Below, in pieces: positions 26,513 to 39,345 of a DNA stretch of 64,000 nt; position 1 is the stretch's first letter, and each line of letters opens with the position of its first letter. The translations under genes were made by a program, and so were the position numbers. The notes under the pieces were generated by a model. The model ran no database searches, was not told the origin of the DNA, and saw nothing but the letters and a program-made list of their open reading frames with translations. This stretch comes from Octopus sinensis (lineage: Eukaryota). The stretch spans positions 184,388,001-184,452,000 of the forward strand of contig NC_042997.1 of assembly GCF_006345805.1 (NCBI RefSeq). The letters run 5' to 3'.

Positions 26513-26955
26513 TATATATATATATGTAATATATATTGTTAATAATATATATGTTATAATATTATATATTATATTATATATAATTGTATATATATATATT
26601 CTTATTCTTTAACGTTTCAGTAATTTGACTGCGCCATGCTGGAGCACCGCCCTCAGGAGTTTTAGTCGAATAAATCGATCCCAGGGCTTATTCTTTGTAA
26701 GCCTAGTACTTATTATATCGGTCTCTTTTTGCCGAACCGCTAAGTACGCGGATATAAGCACACAAACATCGGTTGTTAAGCGATGGTGAGGGGTCAAAAA
26801 ATACAGACACAAGACACACGATAAGCATATATATATATATACTATATATATTATATATATATATATATTATCATATAATATAATATATAGATATATATAT
26901 ATATAAATAATATATATATATTATATATAGATATATATATATATTATATATAATA

Positions 26956-27011
<56 letters not shown>

Positions 27012-27146
27012 ATATATATATTATATTAAATTAGAGACAAAACCACTATTAGGCAAATCAACGATGAAAAACTTAAGCCAATACATATGATTAATTTTAT
27101 ATATTATTAAATATATAACAAAATAAATATTAAAAACATATAATCA

Positions 27147-27218
27147 AATCACACTACGATCGTTTCATGCCTGCTAACATCTTCAAATTTTGAGTCGCAG
27201 TCATTCATCAGGTGGTTT
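27147..27218 (-). ncRNA. Candidate minimal hammerhead ribozyme, GATC-loop family (GUA site)
   Basis: Minus: CAC-CTGATGA-ATGaCTGC..GCAGgCAT-GAAAC-GATC-GTA-GTG. Intact core and perfectly palindromic helix III loop. Confidence 0.75.
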
Positions 27219-27342
27219 AAATATCTAAAATATAATCAATATTGTTAAGATATAATAATATATATAATATAATAATTTTTACTTATAATAAAACTCATTA
27301 TTAAATATGATTATATCGAAATCGACTATAATGTTAAATGTT

Positions 27343-27434
27343 AAACTGAAAGAAGCCCGTCATATAAGTAGTATATACATTCATATATATATATGAATGT
27401 ATATACTACTTATATGACGGGCTTCTTTCAGTTT
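27343..27434. repeat. Perfect 92-bp palindrome centred on (AT)6
   Basis: 27343-27388 is the exact reverse complement of 27389-27434. Confidence 0.95.
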
Positions 27435-28766
27435 TCGACTTCTAAATCCACTCACAAGGTTTTGGATAGCCCGAGGCTATAGTAGAAGACACTCGCCCAA
27501 GGTGCCACACAGTGAGACTGAATCCAAAACCTTGTGGTTGGGGAGCAAGCTTCTTACCACAGAGCCACGCCTGCGCCTGTACATCCCCCACACATACACA
27601 CACATACACGCACATACATATATACATACAGAAATCCACACACATATATATGTGTGTGTGGCCGTACTTCGAACTTGTTAAATTGAGTTTGGTTGACCCT
27701 TTATATAGAAAATCGGAATACGCAATAGATCAGTAGATTTACATTGGAATTAGAGTTGAGAAGTTATAGATACACGAATAGGTTAAATGCAATAAGAGGC
27801 AAGCAAAAAATAAAATCGAAACTCACCAGTTATACATAGATGCAAAAACAGAAATTTTACAAGGAAATTAACATAAATACATGAATGTTGGAAGTTATAC
27901 AAGATTGTTACATGAAAAAAGAAAAAAAACCCAAAAAACCGTCAAGTTTGCGGCTGGGCTCCCACAGAATGTATTAAAAGCTTAGGCCAAAATCTAACAA
28001 ATAAAAAAAGATATCAAACAGTAAAGATTTATCAAAATTACCTGAAATTCTAAAAATATGTAAAAACAAACCAAAAGAACTCTGCTTTATTTTCATTTGA
28101 ATGGTGCTTTGATTTCATCTTGTTTAACAGGTTTTCACTCCAGTTCCACATAGTATACACGTCCTTTTATTTATAGAAATGCACTAGCAGTAGAAGTTTT
28201 CGGTGAATAGCAATTTATTTTTTGGTTTAATATTATTTAAAGCAGAAAATATTCTTTCATCGTCAGCAGCAGAGCGAGTTGATGAAACGAGATTAAAAAT
28301 TAAATTCGACAGTCGAGGATGATGGAACTTAGTCGCGTACTTTTCTACAGAAATCTAACATTAAGTTTTTTAGGCTTTTTATCTAGTACGGATGGTGCTT
28401 CCCGTAATGTTAACTTTATCCACTTCGTATTGATCTCCTAATAATGCTATTTTGATACTATGTTCAGAAATTTTATTGTGAATCAAGTACTAGAGTGTGA
28501 CGTTGTATGAATAACATTTTCTGGGTCCAAGACTCTTCTGACTTCAAGTTAGCAAACATTTCATGCAATAAAAATCGCTGAAACATTTGCATTAGAAGTC
28601 TAAGATAAAAGTTCACTATTTCAATTTGAAAATTCTATTGCTCTATAGAGAGAACTTTGTCGGTATTGTCCAGGAAGATCCGTTTTATAACAGTTGAAAT
28701 GTGTCAAAGGATACACTCACTCTTTCACAGTTGCAAGTGAATGTGTATGTATGTATGTGGTGTGTG

Positions 28767-28801
<35 letters not shown>

Positions 28802-29099
28802 ACATATGTGTGTGTACATATATGTGATTGCGTGTGCGTGTATTAATGTATGTATGCATACAAGTGTGCGTGAGGGAGACCCACAATAGGAATTGTATTC
28901 AGAGTAACTGCAATGTATATCACAAGCAGCAAGAGAATGCCAGAATAAAACAATCATCTCGTTCAATTCATCGTTTAGCCTAAAAGTAGCACACATCTTC
29001 CTGACACTTTTCAACAGAACATAACTATCGCAAAATATTCAACCCTCTACAACGAATATGTATTTATATATATATATATATATATATACTCTAGAGGAG

Positions 29100-29521
29100 G
29101 GAGTCAGTCAATTAGATCAACCCCAGTACGCAGCTGATCCTTAATTTATCGACCCCGAAAGGATGAAAGGCAAAGTCGACCCCGGCGGAATTTGAACACA
29201 GTAGGTAAAAACTGCCTAAATACCTATTTCTTTACTACCCACAGGGGCTAAACACAGAGAGGACAAACAAGGACAGACAAACGGATTAAGTCGATTATAT
29301 CGACCTCAGTGCGTAACTGGTACTTATTTAATCGACCCCGAAAGGATGAAAGGCAAAGTCGACCTTGGCGGAATTTGAACTCAGAACGTAGTGGCAGACG
29401 AAATACCGCTAAGCATTTCGCCCGGCGTGCTAACATTCCTGCCAGCTCGCTACCTTAGACAGATGAAATACCGATAAGCATTTCACCTGGCGTGCTAACG
29501 TTTCTGCCAGTCCACCGCCTT
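29100..29521 (-). mobile_element. Nested Meta-domain-type SINEs (young copy inside older copy)
   Basis: Two heads (about 29520 and 29455) and two Meta domains. Confidence 0.8.
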
Positions 29522-30398
29522 GAATATAAATATATTGCAGAAAGTAATGCAGGCAAAATATGTGAGGTGATGCCAAGACAAAGACAAGATATTTTATCAT
29601 TCTGTAGTGATAATATATAGTCAGAACAAGGTGTTGATGAGGCTGCGTGTATGTTATTACAAGAGTTCATATAGAAATGAAAGAATAAATTCAAGGTCTA
29701 TGTATTTACTACACAAAAAAAATATTTTATTTACTGGTCGATGATGATACATAGAATCAAATTATAGAATCTAGTTGAATGAAGTAATTTATGCAAAAAA
29801 GTTCAGAGATAGAAAATGTAGAAATAAATAACAGCTAAGTGGTGGTTTTCAGTCATGTAGCGTAGAGAAATAGAGGGACATAACAATGAAATGAATGGCT
29901 CTAAGTCTAATCGGCTAAGAAACGAAAAGCTGGGTTAGCAAGTTGTTTTTATTACTAGAACGCTAGACATTCTAGAAACTTCCAAGAGAAACGCTAAGCT
30001 TCTTGAATAATTAAGAATCACGTCTCATGACATAAGAAACTTAGAAAAGGGAGGTTACTCGATGATATTTCTTCCAAAGGAGATCATTAAACTATTTAGT
30101 TACCCATACCACTACAATTCTACATAAGTTGTCAAATACTTCTTTTACATTTCGAGAGTACTTCCCTTTATCAAGTATAAAAGTGAAAACCCTCCAAATC
30201 TTCAGGGAAAATAAGCTCTACTATCGGCCTACAATCTCAATGACTTACACGGTATTAGTCAGTCCGGGACAATTGTAGAAGACAGTGCAATGAACCTGAA
30301 ACTACGGGGCTGTACATGGTTCTTCTTAACAAACAACCATGCCTGCGCCTACAAAACCACACATACATACGTGTACACTCGTGCGAACGAACACAAAC

Positions 30399-30449
<51 letters not shown>

Positions 30450-30978
30450 GATAACGAGACGAGCATAAGGAAGAGCTTAACTAAACTACTCTAAAACATG
30501 AAGATTGATTATTCTTGTATGTAAATATCAGAAAATATACAAAGTGGAGCGTTGTTTACCAAATTTTAATACTAAATATAAACTGACATAATTCTCTATT
30601 TGCATCTGAGCAAATTAGTTTATCTTAACATCAAATGTTCTGTAAATCATATGTTGAGACTTACAATTTATTAAAATACATTATCATAGAAATTGATAAT
30701 TTAAAAGTGAATATTTTATTAGAAACGGGAGGAAAATATCTTCATTTCATGAATTGGTTTCGTTCAGTGGTAATGAGAAGAGAATAAATCAGTGTGAACC
30801 GCCACAGCTTGTATCATTAATAGTGGAAAGATATTAAATTTTCATTAAATTAGGGATTGATTTAGCTAGCTTAGTTCTCCGTATATAACATTTATTCATG
30901 CATTCCTATGCAAGGGAAGATAATTATCAATTATCTTATGTGCAACAGAAGATAATTAAAATATCTAACAGTCTGTTA

Positions 30979-31076
<98 letters not shown>

Positions 31077-31086
31077 TATCTATCTA

Positions 31087-31162
<76 letters not shown>

Positions 31163-31197
31163 TTGCCTGTCTGTCACATTCTCATCCTCTCTCTCTG

Positions 31198-31239
<42 letters not shown>

Positions 31240-31280
31240 TGTGTGTGTATACACACATACATTCATACACACATGCAAAG

Positions 31281-31335
<55 letters not shown>

Positions 31336-31354
31336 CATATATATATGTACACTT

Positions 31355-31419
31355 ACATGTATACACAAACTTCCACACCCACTCACACACATACACACAC
31401 ATGCACTACGCGCCCGCAG

Positions 31420-31452
<33 letters not shown>

Positions 31453-31618
31453 TCTATGTGCCGATAGCATTTTAACTTCTATGCTATCAATAGACCCCCC
31501 CCCAGCTTCTGCCTGGGCATGTTTGTAGAGCTCTGATGAGCTTTTCCCTTTTTTGAGCTCTCGCCAAAATTCATCTATACGCTCTCCTATACTGCTTGCC
31601 GTCTATCCTATGTAAGTA
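31355..31618 (-). mobile_element. Inverted copy of the Penelope-like element 3' end (inverted pseudo-LTR)
   Basis: 31475-31618 aligns with the reverse complement of 33351-33490, and 31355-31392 with 33500-33540. Confidence 0.8.
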
Positions 31619-31978
31619 ATTCAGCATAAGATTGAAGCAAGACTTGATATTTGTCTGGTTCATCCGCAATAAAAAAATACTGAGCTGACAGATCTGGAAT
31701 TGAAATGTCTTCCTAAAGCGCATAGCTGTATACTGTTATCAAAAAGTCTCTTTCTTTTGAGATGGTGGTGAGAGTGGTGGTGGCGGCGGCGGCGGCGGCG
31801 GCGGTGGTGGTAGTGGTGGTGGTGTTTCTATATGTATTGTTTTCAGTAATGTTAGTACTGGTTTGCATGTTTATATAGTTGCTTCCATTATTGTCGTTGT
31901 AGTAGTTCAAAACCACATTATTGCCGTTATTCTTGTTATAGTTGTTGTTACAACCATGCCCACGACCTGACGGGATGC

Positions 31979-33490
31979 ATAATAGACAGTATGGACGTTG
32001 TGTCCCAAAATGCATCCATTGATGCTGATTTTGCTGTGGAGAAATGTGTGGCGGTGATCAGCAAGAGTGATGTGGAGTTCTGTGGTGTTGACACTGAAGA
32101 ACGAGGCCTCTTCCTGAGACTGACATGCGACAATGATTACTTAGTTGCTTTTTTCGCACTAGATCTACAATACGTAGACACCCCACTATAACTTCTATGG
32201 CCAAGAAGACACACAAAGAGAGATGGAACGGGTGGACCAGAGCTATACGGACCCCCGAAAATTATGATCAGGTTAAAAAGATGGTCACACATGCGGTGGG
32301 TGCGAGTACCAAGACCACACTGAAGAACCATGTATTTAAGTTTAATAACAAGATATGTGCCTAAGAGGAAGGCGCAGCCATCGTTGTCAGTATTGCTGGC
32401 GGTGTGGCTAAACTATTTATGGTATAGTGGGATAGGAGACTTAAAGAGAAATTAGCAAAGAACTCCATAAACCTAATCATGTACTCCTGTTACGTGGATG
32501 ATATTAACATAGTAGCCAGAGCACACCTAAAAGACAATGTTGATGATCTAGGAGCTAATACTATGGAGAACATCTAGCAAATAGTTAACTCCATCCACCA
32601 GAGTATAGAAATAACGATAGACTATTCTAGTAATAACCCTAACTATAGATTACCCGTTTTAGACACTGAACTCTTGCTAGAAACGAAGAACAGTATAGTC
32701 CAGATCCTTCACTTTCATTATGCCAAACCCTTGGCCTCTAAGTACTTTGTTCATAAGAACTCAGCGATTGCAGACTATGCCAAGTTCAACATTCTGATAG
32801 CTGACTTGGTGAGAGTGATGAGGAATATGTCTCACATGTGTGATCCTATAGAATTGGAAAGACACATACAACACTTCATCCACTGGATGCAGTTCTCTGG
32901 CTACAATCAAAGGGACTGGATTAGAGTGTACAAAGGAGCCAGGACTAAGTGCAAAGCTATCATAAAGAGTGATGCGAAGGGGATCTGTCCGCTATACAGG
33001 AGTAAATCCTGGAACAGTACAGAAAGGACCAGTAATAACATAAATAAGGCCAACACTTGGTATGACAACAAAAAATACCACAGTGTCATGTTCGTTTATG
33101 CTACCACCGGTGGCGAACTAGCACACCTTTAAAAAAAAACATTAAGTAAGTCTAATCTACATATTAAAGTAGTGGAGAGGCCTAGTGCCCTTTTAAAATT
33201 CCTGATCTGCAATACCAGTCTCTTTGATAAGTCTCCCTGTACGAAGAGCAATTGTGTTGTATGTAGGATGAACCCACAGGTTAACAGCAAGGTTAGGAAT
33301 GTTGTGTATGGCTTACGATGTACAAAAGGACGGTGCAGAAGCATGACAACTACCTATATAGGATAGACTGCACGCAGCATAGGAGAACGTATAGGTGAAC
33401 TTTGGCGAGAGCTCAAAGAAGGGAAAAGCCCGTCAGTACTCTACCAACATGCTAAGACAGAACACAGAGACTCAATTATTAGCATAGAGG
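31979..33490 (+). pseudogene. Decayed Penelope-like element ORF (RT + linker + GIY-YIG endonuclease)
   Basis: IIDSMDV..ASID, frameshift near 32150, EEGAAIVVSIAGGVAKLFM, YVDD at 32491-32502, HYAKPLAS, QFSGY, PLYRSKSW, SVMFVYATTGGELA, CxxxxCxxC linker, VVYGLRC...YIG*TARS..ER; several TAA/TAG stops. Confidence 0.9.
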
Positions 33491-33689
33491 GTGTGCGTGA
33501 ATGTGTGTGAGTGGGCGTGGGTGTTTGTGTATACATGTATATATACATATATATAAATATATCCACCACATACCTGTGATAAATGTAAGACTGAGACAGA
33601 TAAAATAAATAAGTAAAACTATATAAAGGGCATGGATACATACGAAGCGAACCCATACACACACACAAACACAAGGACACAAGCGTGGG

Positions 33690-33870
33690 TTGTAGCTAAC
33701 TTTCCTATACTTGAGTTCCCATATATAGTTACTTAATCTCGTTGAATTCCTCCTATTTCTATTTCTAAAAGTGTACCTATGGTGATTAAATCTATGTTTC
33801 ATATTATTCTGGGTCGCTCCTACATATACCTTATTACCTGATTGGGTACACTTTATACTACTTCCATTCT
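33690..33870 (-). pseudogene. Second Penelope-like GIY-YIG fragment (different family)
   Basis: KVYVGATQNNMKHRFNHHRYTFRNRNRRNSTRLSNYIWELK matches the YVG.T...FK.R..NH...F.....NST.LS.YIW.LK pattern. Confidence 0.8.
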
Positions 33871-33984
33871 AATGTAATTATTATTAAAAACACAATTACT
33901 GCTAATTCTACAATCACAGGTCCTTATATACTTTTATTTTATTTTATCTGATATGTTTCTTATCCCTACGTTTTTTACATTATT

Positions 33985-34137
33985 TACATTATTTACGTTT
34001 GACGGATATTTTCCCTCATCGTGTTTGTTGCTAACACAACGTTTCGGCTGATATACCCTCCAGACTTCATCAGGTGTTTTGGGGAAATTTTGAACCTGGG
34101 TTCTCATTCCTAAGGTATTTTTCGACGTTGTTGTTGT

Positions 34138-34178
<41 letters not shown>

Positions 34179-34201
34179 ACTACACAACAACAACAACCAC
34201 C

Positions 34202-34271
<70 letters not shown>

Positions 34272-34317
34272 TTATTATTATTCAGGTCACTGCCTGGTAT
34301 CGAACTCGGAATCTTAG
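33985..34317 (-). mobile_element. Putative SINE-like element: B-box head remnant, (AGT/GTT)n tract, HHR-containing tail
   Basis: Minus: GATTCCGAGTTCGATACCAGGCAGTGACCTGAATAATAAT (B-box-like), microsatellite, then HHR. A box absent. Confidence 0.45.
34033..34078 (-). ncRNA. Candidate minimal hammerhead ribozyme, ACGU family (GUU site)
   Basis: Minus: AACAC-CTGATGA-A-GtCTGG agggtata TCAGcC-GAAACGT-T-GTGTT. Perfect 5-bp stem I; loopless self-complementary ACGT at helix III. Confidence 0.7.
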
Positions 34318-35213
34318 TATCTATATATATAAATATATGATTTAATTATGAACACAGAAAGAAATTATACATTAATACCTATTTTTGTAAGCAGTTGTAT
34401 CCGTAAAAAAATTTATTTACAGAGAGCAGAAACTGAAAGAAGATATATGAAATGGACGTATGTGTGTGTGTGTGTTATGTGTGCGTGCGTGTGTGTGTGT
34501 GTGTGCGTGCTTGTGCGTGTGTATGTGAGAGAGAAAGAGGGTGAGAAAGAGAGATAGAGCGAGTGATGATTGACATCTTTTAAGGTACACTCACATACAT
34601 AGAAAATGTCATGGTATAAATTTTTTACGATAGCTGATTTATGGAAAAGATTATGTTAAATTTTTGAAATGCAAATATGTGAATGAAAATTAAATTCAGA
34701 CCTCTACATGGTATATAGACCTGGCAGAAATAGCAGCCAAATCTCCCTCAAAACATCCTACTGTCTTAATCCAATAATTCTGCCTATTATGTAGTTTGAA
34801 TGAGAAACTATAACTAAAGATTAAGATTATTAACCCCACAAAGAGATGAAAGAAGTTTTGGCTGACTGTCATCCTGTACTCCCCTTGTTGCTAGCGAAAT
34901 GGTATATGCCGGCTGTGTGAGCAACTGGTTGCTTTAAAGGCGGAACAAACAAGGGAATTCTATTCGAAAAAGTTTTAATCGATTTTCTCGGTAACTAGGA
35001 AAGAATACAAACGGCATTCCAATCTATGCATGTGTCTCCACATGTGTGCCATTTTTCACGCGAATCCACCCAGTCGTTTGGCTGTGAAGACAAGAAAAGA
35101 ATACAATGATCGCCCATGTCCAATTTATATTATATTATACATTATATATATATATATATATTGGCGATTTTTTTTCCTCTGTCTTCCCTTCTCTGGATCT
35201 TTCCTTCTCCTAT

Positions 35214-35248
35214 GTTTCCGATGAAGAGCTCCGCTCGAAACGTTAAAC
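35214..35248 (+). ncRNA. Candidate ultra-minimal hammerhead (core variant CCGAUGA, GUU site)
   Basis: GTTT-CCGATGA-A-GAGC tcc GCTC-GAAACGT-T-AAAC within repeat 35157-35360, which resembles 52680-52865. Confidence 0.55.
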
Positions 35249-35456
35249 CCTCCTTCTTTCCTTCTTTCCTGAGCGTCCAATAATACTATATTTGTTCCAC
35301 GTCCTCACGTTGTTGTGTTTTTTTGTGCTTTCTTGTTTGGATTAACTTTAACTACATATATTAAAATTTTCTTTCAATTTAGCATTCTGCATTTTTACAA
35401 TTTTTCCTTGCTTATCATTTCTCCACGTTCGGTCAACACAACCCCACCATTTATTG

Positions 35457-35501
<45 letters not shown>

Positions 35502-35527
35502 CATACATACATACATACATACATACA

Positions 35528-35560
<33 letters not shown>

Positions 35561-35867
35561 GTATGTATCGAAGTCGGTGGAATTTGAACTCAGAACGTAA
35601 AGACGGACGAAATGCAGTTAAGCATTTCGCCCGACGTGCTAACAATTCTGCTAGCCCGCCGCCTTATGCAAGCTATATAATGCCAACAACACTGACAAGC
35701 GCAATAGCTTCTCCTGAACCTGTGATACGTAGACCACTTCTCACCAACAAGATTCCGGTTTCGCTATTCAAGGAGAGAAATTACCTACTAACCAATTAGT
35801 TACTGATTAAAAGACAGTTGGTTTGATTCTTGACATAATTATGCGTAACATTTTATTCTTTTATTCT

Positions 35868-36228
35868 TTTATTTGTTTCAGTCATTTGAATGCGAGCATG
35901 CTGGAGAAATCGACCCCAGGATTTATTCTTTGCAAGGCTTGTACTTATTCTATCGTTCTCTTTTGCCGAACGGCTAAGTTACGGGGACGTAGACACTAAC
36001 ATCGGTCGCCAAGCGATGGTGGGGAGACAAACACAAACACATACACACACACAAACACATATATATATCCAATGGGCTTCTTTCAGTTTCCGCCTACTAA
36101 ATCCATTCACAAGGCTTTGGTCGGCCCAAGGCTATATTGGAACACACACGCCTAAGAAGCCTCGCAGTCGGACTGAACTCGGAACCATGTGATTGGGAAG
36201 CAAGTTTCTTACCACACAGCCACGCCAG
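35868..36228 (-). mobile_element. CORE-type SINE (family A)
   Basis: Same head, core and tail motifs, with small deletions. Confidence 0.85.
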
Positions 36229-36438
36229 TGCCAAAAATTTGCAAGCCAAATTATAGCTTGATAGTAAAGTAAAGCTCATGTCAGGAATGCTATAAAATCT
36301 ATTAAAGACATTTGTCTGCGACTGGGCTTGAAGTCAGGTTGAGAACTATCATCATAATAGCAAATAGACGGAAATGGAAATACTTTAGGGAATGAACGAA
36401 AACGAGATTAGGAGAAAAAGAAAGAGGAAAGAATGCAA

Positions 36439-36491
<53 letters not shown>

Positions 36492-37295
36492 TGAGAGAAA
36501 TAAGAAGAATGAAACAAGGAGGATGCTGAGCTAGAGAAGGAGAAAGAGATTATAATATAACACTTTCATATATCCATAGACAGATATGGCAAATTCAAAA
36601 TTATGTTTAGAATATGGGAAGGGTAAGAGTTTATAGTCAATAATTCTCATGATTTATGTTCAGACAATGCGAAACACTTACCAGAGAGACTAGCACTATA
36701 AGAGTCTCCTCTTTTATCTCCTCTTCCCAATGAGCCTGAAAATCAAAGGGTTGTATTGATATTTTGATATAATTCTGTACGCAGTGGTTGGAACATTCAT
36801 TTGAAAAGTCGGTGCATTTAAAATCGAGGAACCGTTCAATAATATCAAAATGTTATTAATGATATATTATCGCTTTGAAATTAAACACGTTTTGTTTTTC
36901 CTTTCTTTTCTCTATGAACTTTGAACAACAGCGAACTCTTTGGCTACGAGGCTAGTGTTTCTTTTTATGGATCTCTATTAACTTTTTATATATTTCCTCC
37001 CATATTAGTGATATCAAATTTATTGTAAATATGATAATGTTATTCTCAGGAGTTTGATCTTCTGTAAAGTTTTCTATTGCAATTTTCAATATTGTTCGCT
37101 GACAGAAATCCTCCAATCTCTTCACTCTCACGCTCGACATTTCTCAATATTTTTGCTTTATTTGCTTGTTTGTTCGTTCGTTCGTCGCTTACCCTTCCTC
37201 CTTCCTTGTCACTTTGCATATATATATATATATTTCGTTTTTGGATTTGGTTTGCAAGATTCTTTATGTGAGTTCATGTGTTGAAGCATATTCTA

Positions 37296-37560
37296 TTGTG
37301 TCTGGGGAGAGTAATTTTCTTTTTGTGCCTTATTATTTAACACACACACCGGTAAAATTTCCACTTTTGTTTCTTATTTTCCTAAAATTTTCGTTGCGTC
37401 TTGCAACCTTTTCAGTAGTTTTGACTCAAAACTATTGAAAAGGTTGTAAGACGCAACGAAAATTTTAGGAAAATAAAAATAAGAAAAAAAAGTGAAAATT
37501 TTACCGGTGAGTGTGTTAAATAATAAGGCTCAAAAAGAAAATGACTCTCCCCAGACACAA
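37296..37560. repeat. Imperfect palindrome (about 130-bp arms, essentially no spacer)
   Basis: Centre GTTTTGA-C-TCAAAAC at 37425; scattered substitutions between arms. Confidence 0.9.
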
Positions 37561-38233
37561 CGGTATATATATAGGAGAAATATATAAATATACAAGGAGC
37601 AAAGATACTGAAGATTCAGTTTACACCACGAGGCAAAATTATGAGTTGAAAATATGTGGAAAGCAAATATAAAAAGTGGAAGAGAAATGCCTTCGTTTCG
37701 TATAGTATAATATTTTTTAATAAATATATACATATTATTATGGATGTCGAAAAATCCAACCGGTTTTCGCTATTTATATTATATTTTCAAAGGACATTGT
37801 ACAGTAATCAAATTCTCTTGACAAAGGGGTCTCATCATTTTGGATGTTTGAAAAGTGAGAACGAGTCTAGAGAGTGAACCAAGGGAGGCAACAGGTGGCA
37901 AGGGGAGGAACTGGCTATTTAGTATAATTTTTAGAATGGTCAAATTTGTATATTGAGGTGTGGTCTATATTTTTGTATGAACATGTTTTCCTTGTTTAAG
38001 CGATCTTGTACTGAGATTGAATCTTTGCATTGGTATAGTGGGAAGATATGAAATTTCGGCGTTTTATTACTTGCGCATCTGTCGATATGTCCGCTCATTG
38101 CTATCTGTCTGTATTGAGAGAAGCGAATCTGTTCTTTATGCAGCGTGACTCTGCGTCTCAAAGTAAGGCTTGTTTGGCCCACATAATTGTGACCACAACC
38201 TTAGCAGGTTAGGACATAGATAAGATATATATA

Positions 38234-38293
<60 letters not shown>

Positions 38294-38584
38294 CTATATA
38301 TATGAATATAAGTACTATGTACATATGAGTATGTTTTGTATGTATGTATGTATGTATGTATATATTATATATATATATATGAGAGATATTGGTATCTAGA
38401 AGAGCCAAGATGGCCGGTAAGGTTATGTAATTGCTACGCGAAGGCCATGGTTAGACTCTCGGTTCGATAATAATACGAGTGAAGAATCTAATGTGAGTCT
38501 TATGTGAGCGTGTACATATTAAATAAAATGAGACAACAAAACCAAAGCTGTGTGGAATTTATAGGAGATTTATAAAGAGATAAG

Positions 38585-38636
38585 TTGTATTACAGCTGTT
38601 TCTGGGATATTATAGATATCCGTTCATCAGAGACGA
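38585..38636 (-). ncRNA. Degenerate minimal hammerhead, AGCT-loop family
   Basis: Minus: TCGTCT-CTGATGA-acGGATAT ctata ATATCCca-GAAAC-AGCT-GTA-ATACAA. Core intact; stem I has two mismatches. Confidence 0.55.
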
Positions 38637-39345
38637 TAAGAAAGAGTTAACTAGAGGGAAATAGTAGAGTTCAATATAAGGAGTTATTTTGGAAAAGAAT
38701 GGAAATGGGAAGTATAAAGAGAAGTAAGAGAATAAAAATAAACGTAAAGATATATGCAGGATATTACAATTGCAGTTCTATTATCCAAGGAAAGTGCTGT
38801 GTAGAATGGGTTGAAATGCTTCTTGTCCATGGTATGTAGATTCCGACAGGAGTTCATATTTTGTTATTACAAGTCGATGGTGTGGAGACATAAATTCCAT
38901 GTGCTGTTCATTCAAAGGGGCTTGCAATTGTATGAATTAAAATGCCCAAACGCACTTATATTCCTGTCGGGTTAATTCAACAATTTTAAGTAGCACTACT
39001 TGAATAAAATTATGTTGAACTAGGTCATTACAATATATCTGTATATCGAGCTAATAGCTCTTAGACGCGATAAATAGGGGAATAGAACCGATAGAAATGA
39101 AAAAGGTTCGAGCCATTTCATCAAAGTTGACCTAGATGAGTTTTTGGAGGTGCTGTCTCAATATATAAAGCTAAATTACAATTGGAATGCCAATAACGCC
39201 AGAAGTGCACCGAGCAGGGGATGAATGGAGCGTTGTATATTACGATAGAATAACTCTGAAAGAATTCATTTGTGACAAATGGAGACTACTGTTGTTTAGT
39301 GTGAGACGCACTGCGAGCAAAGCGGCCTAGAAGTTTTACCTTTAA

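Larger units (their letters stand above)
26600..27578 (-). mobile_element. Family A SINE split at its internal (TA)n by an HHR-bearing insertion
   Basis: Tail at about 26600-26820, head and core at about 27410-27578, foreign sequence at about 27025-27342. Confidence 0.85.

Noticed and set aside
31531-31560. CTGATGAG as a hammerhead core
   Set aside because: It is antisense GIY-YIG coding sequence, with no GAAA, helix III or stem I in register.
32188-33490. Selenocysteine read-through in the Penelope-like ORF, as described for some Naiad elements
   Set aside because: The in-frame stops I can read are TAA/TAG at positions explicable as point mutations, not TGA at Cys positions.
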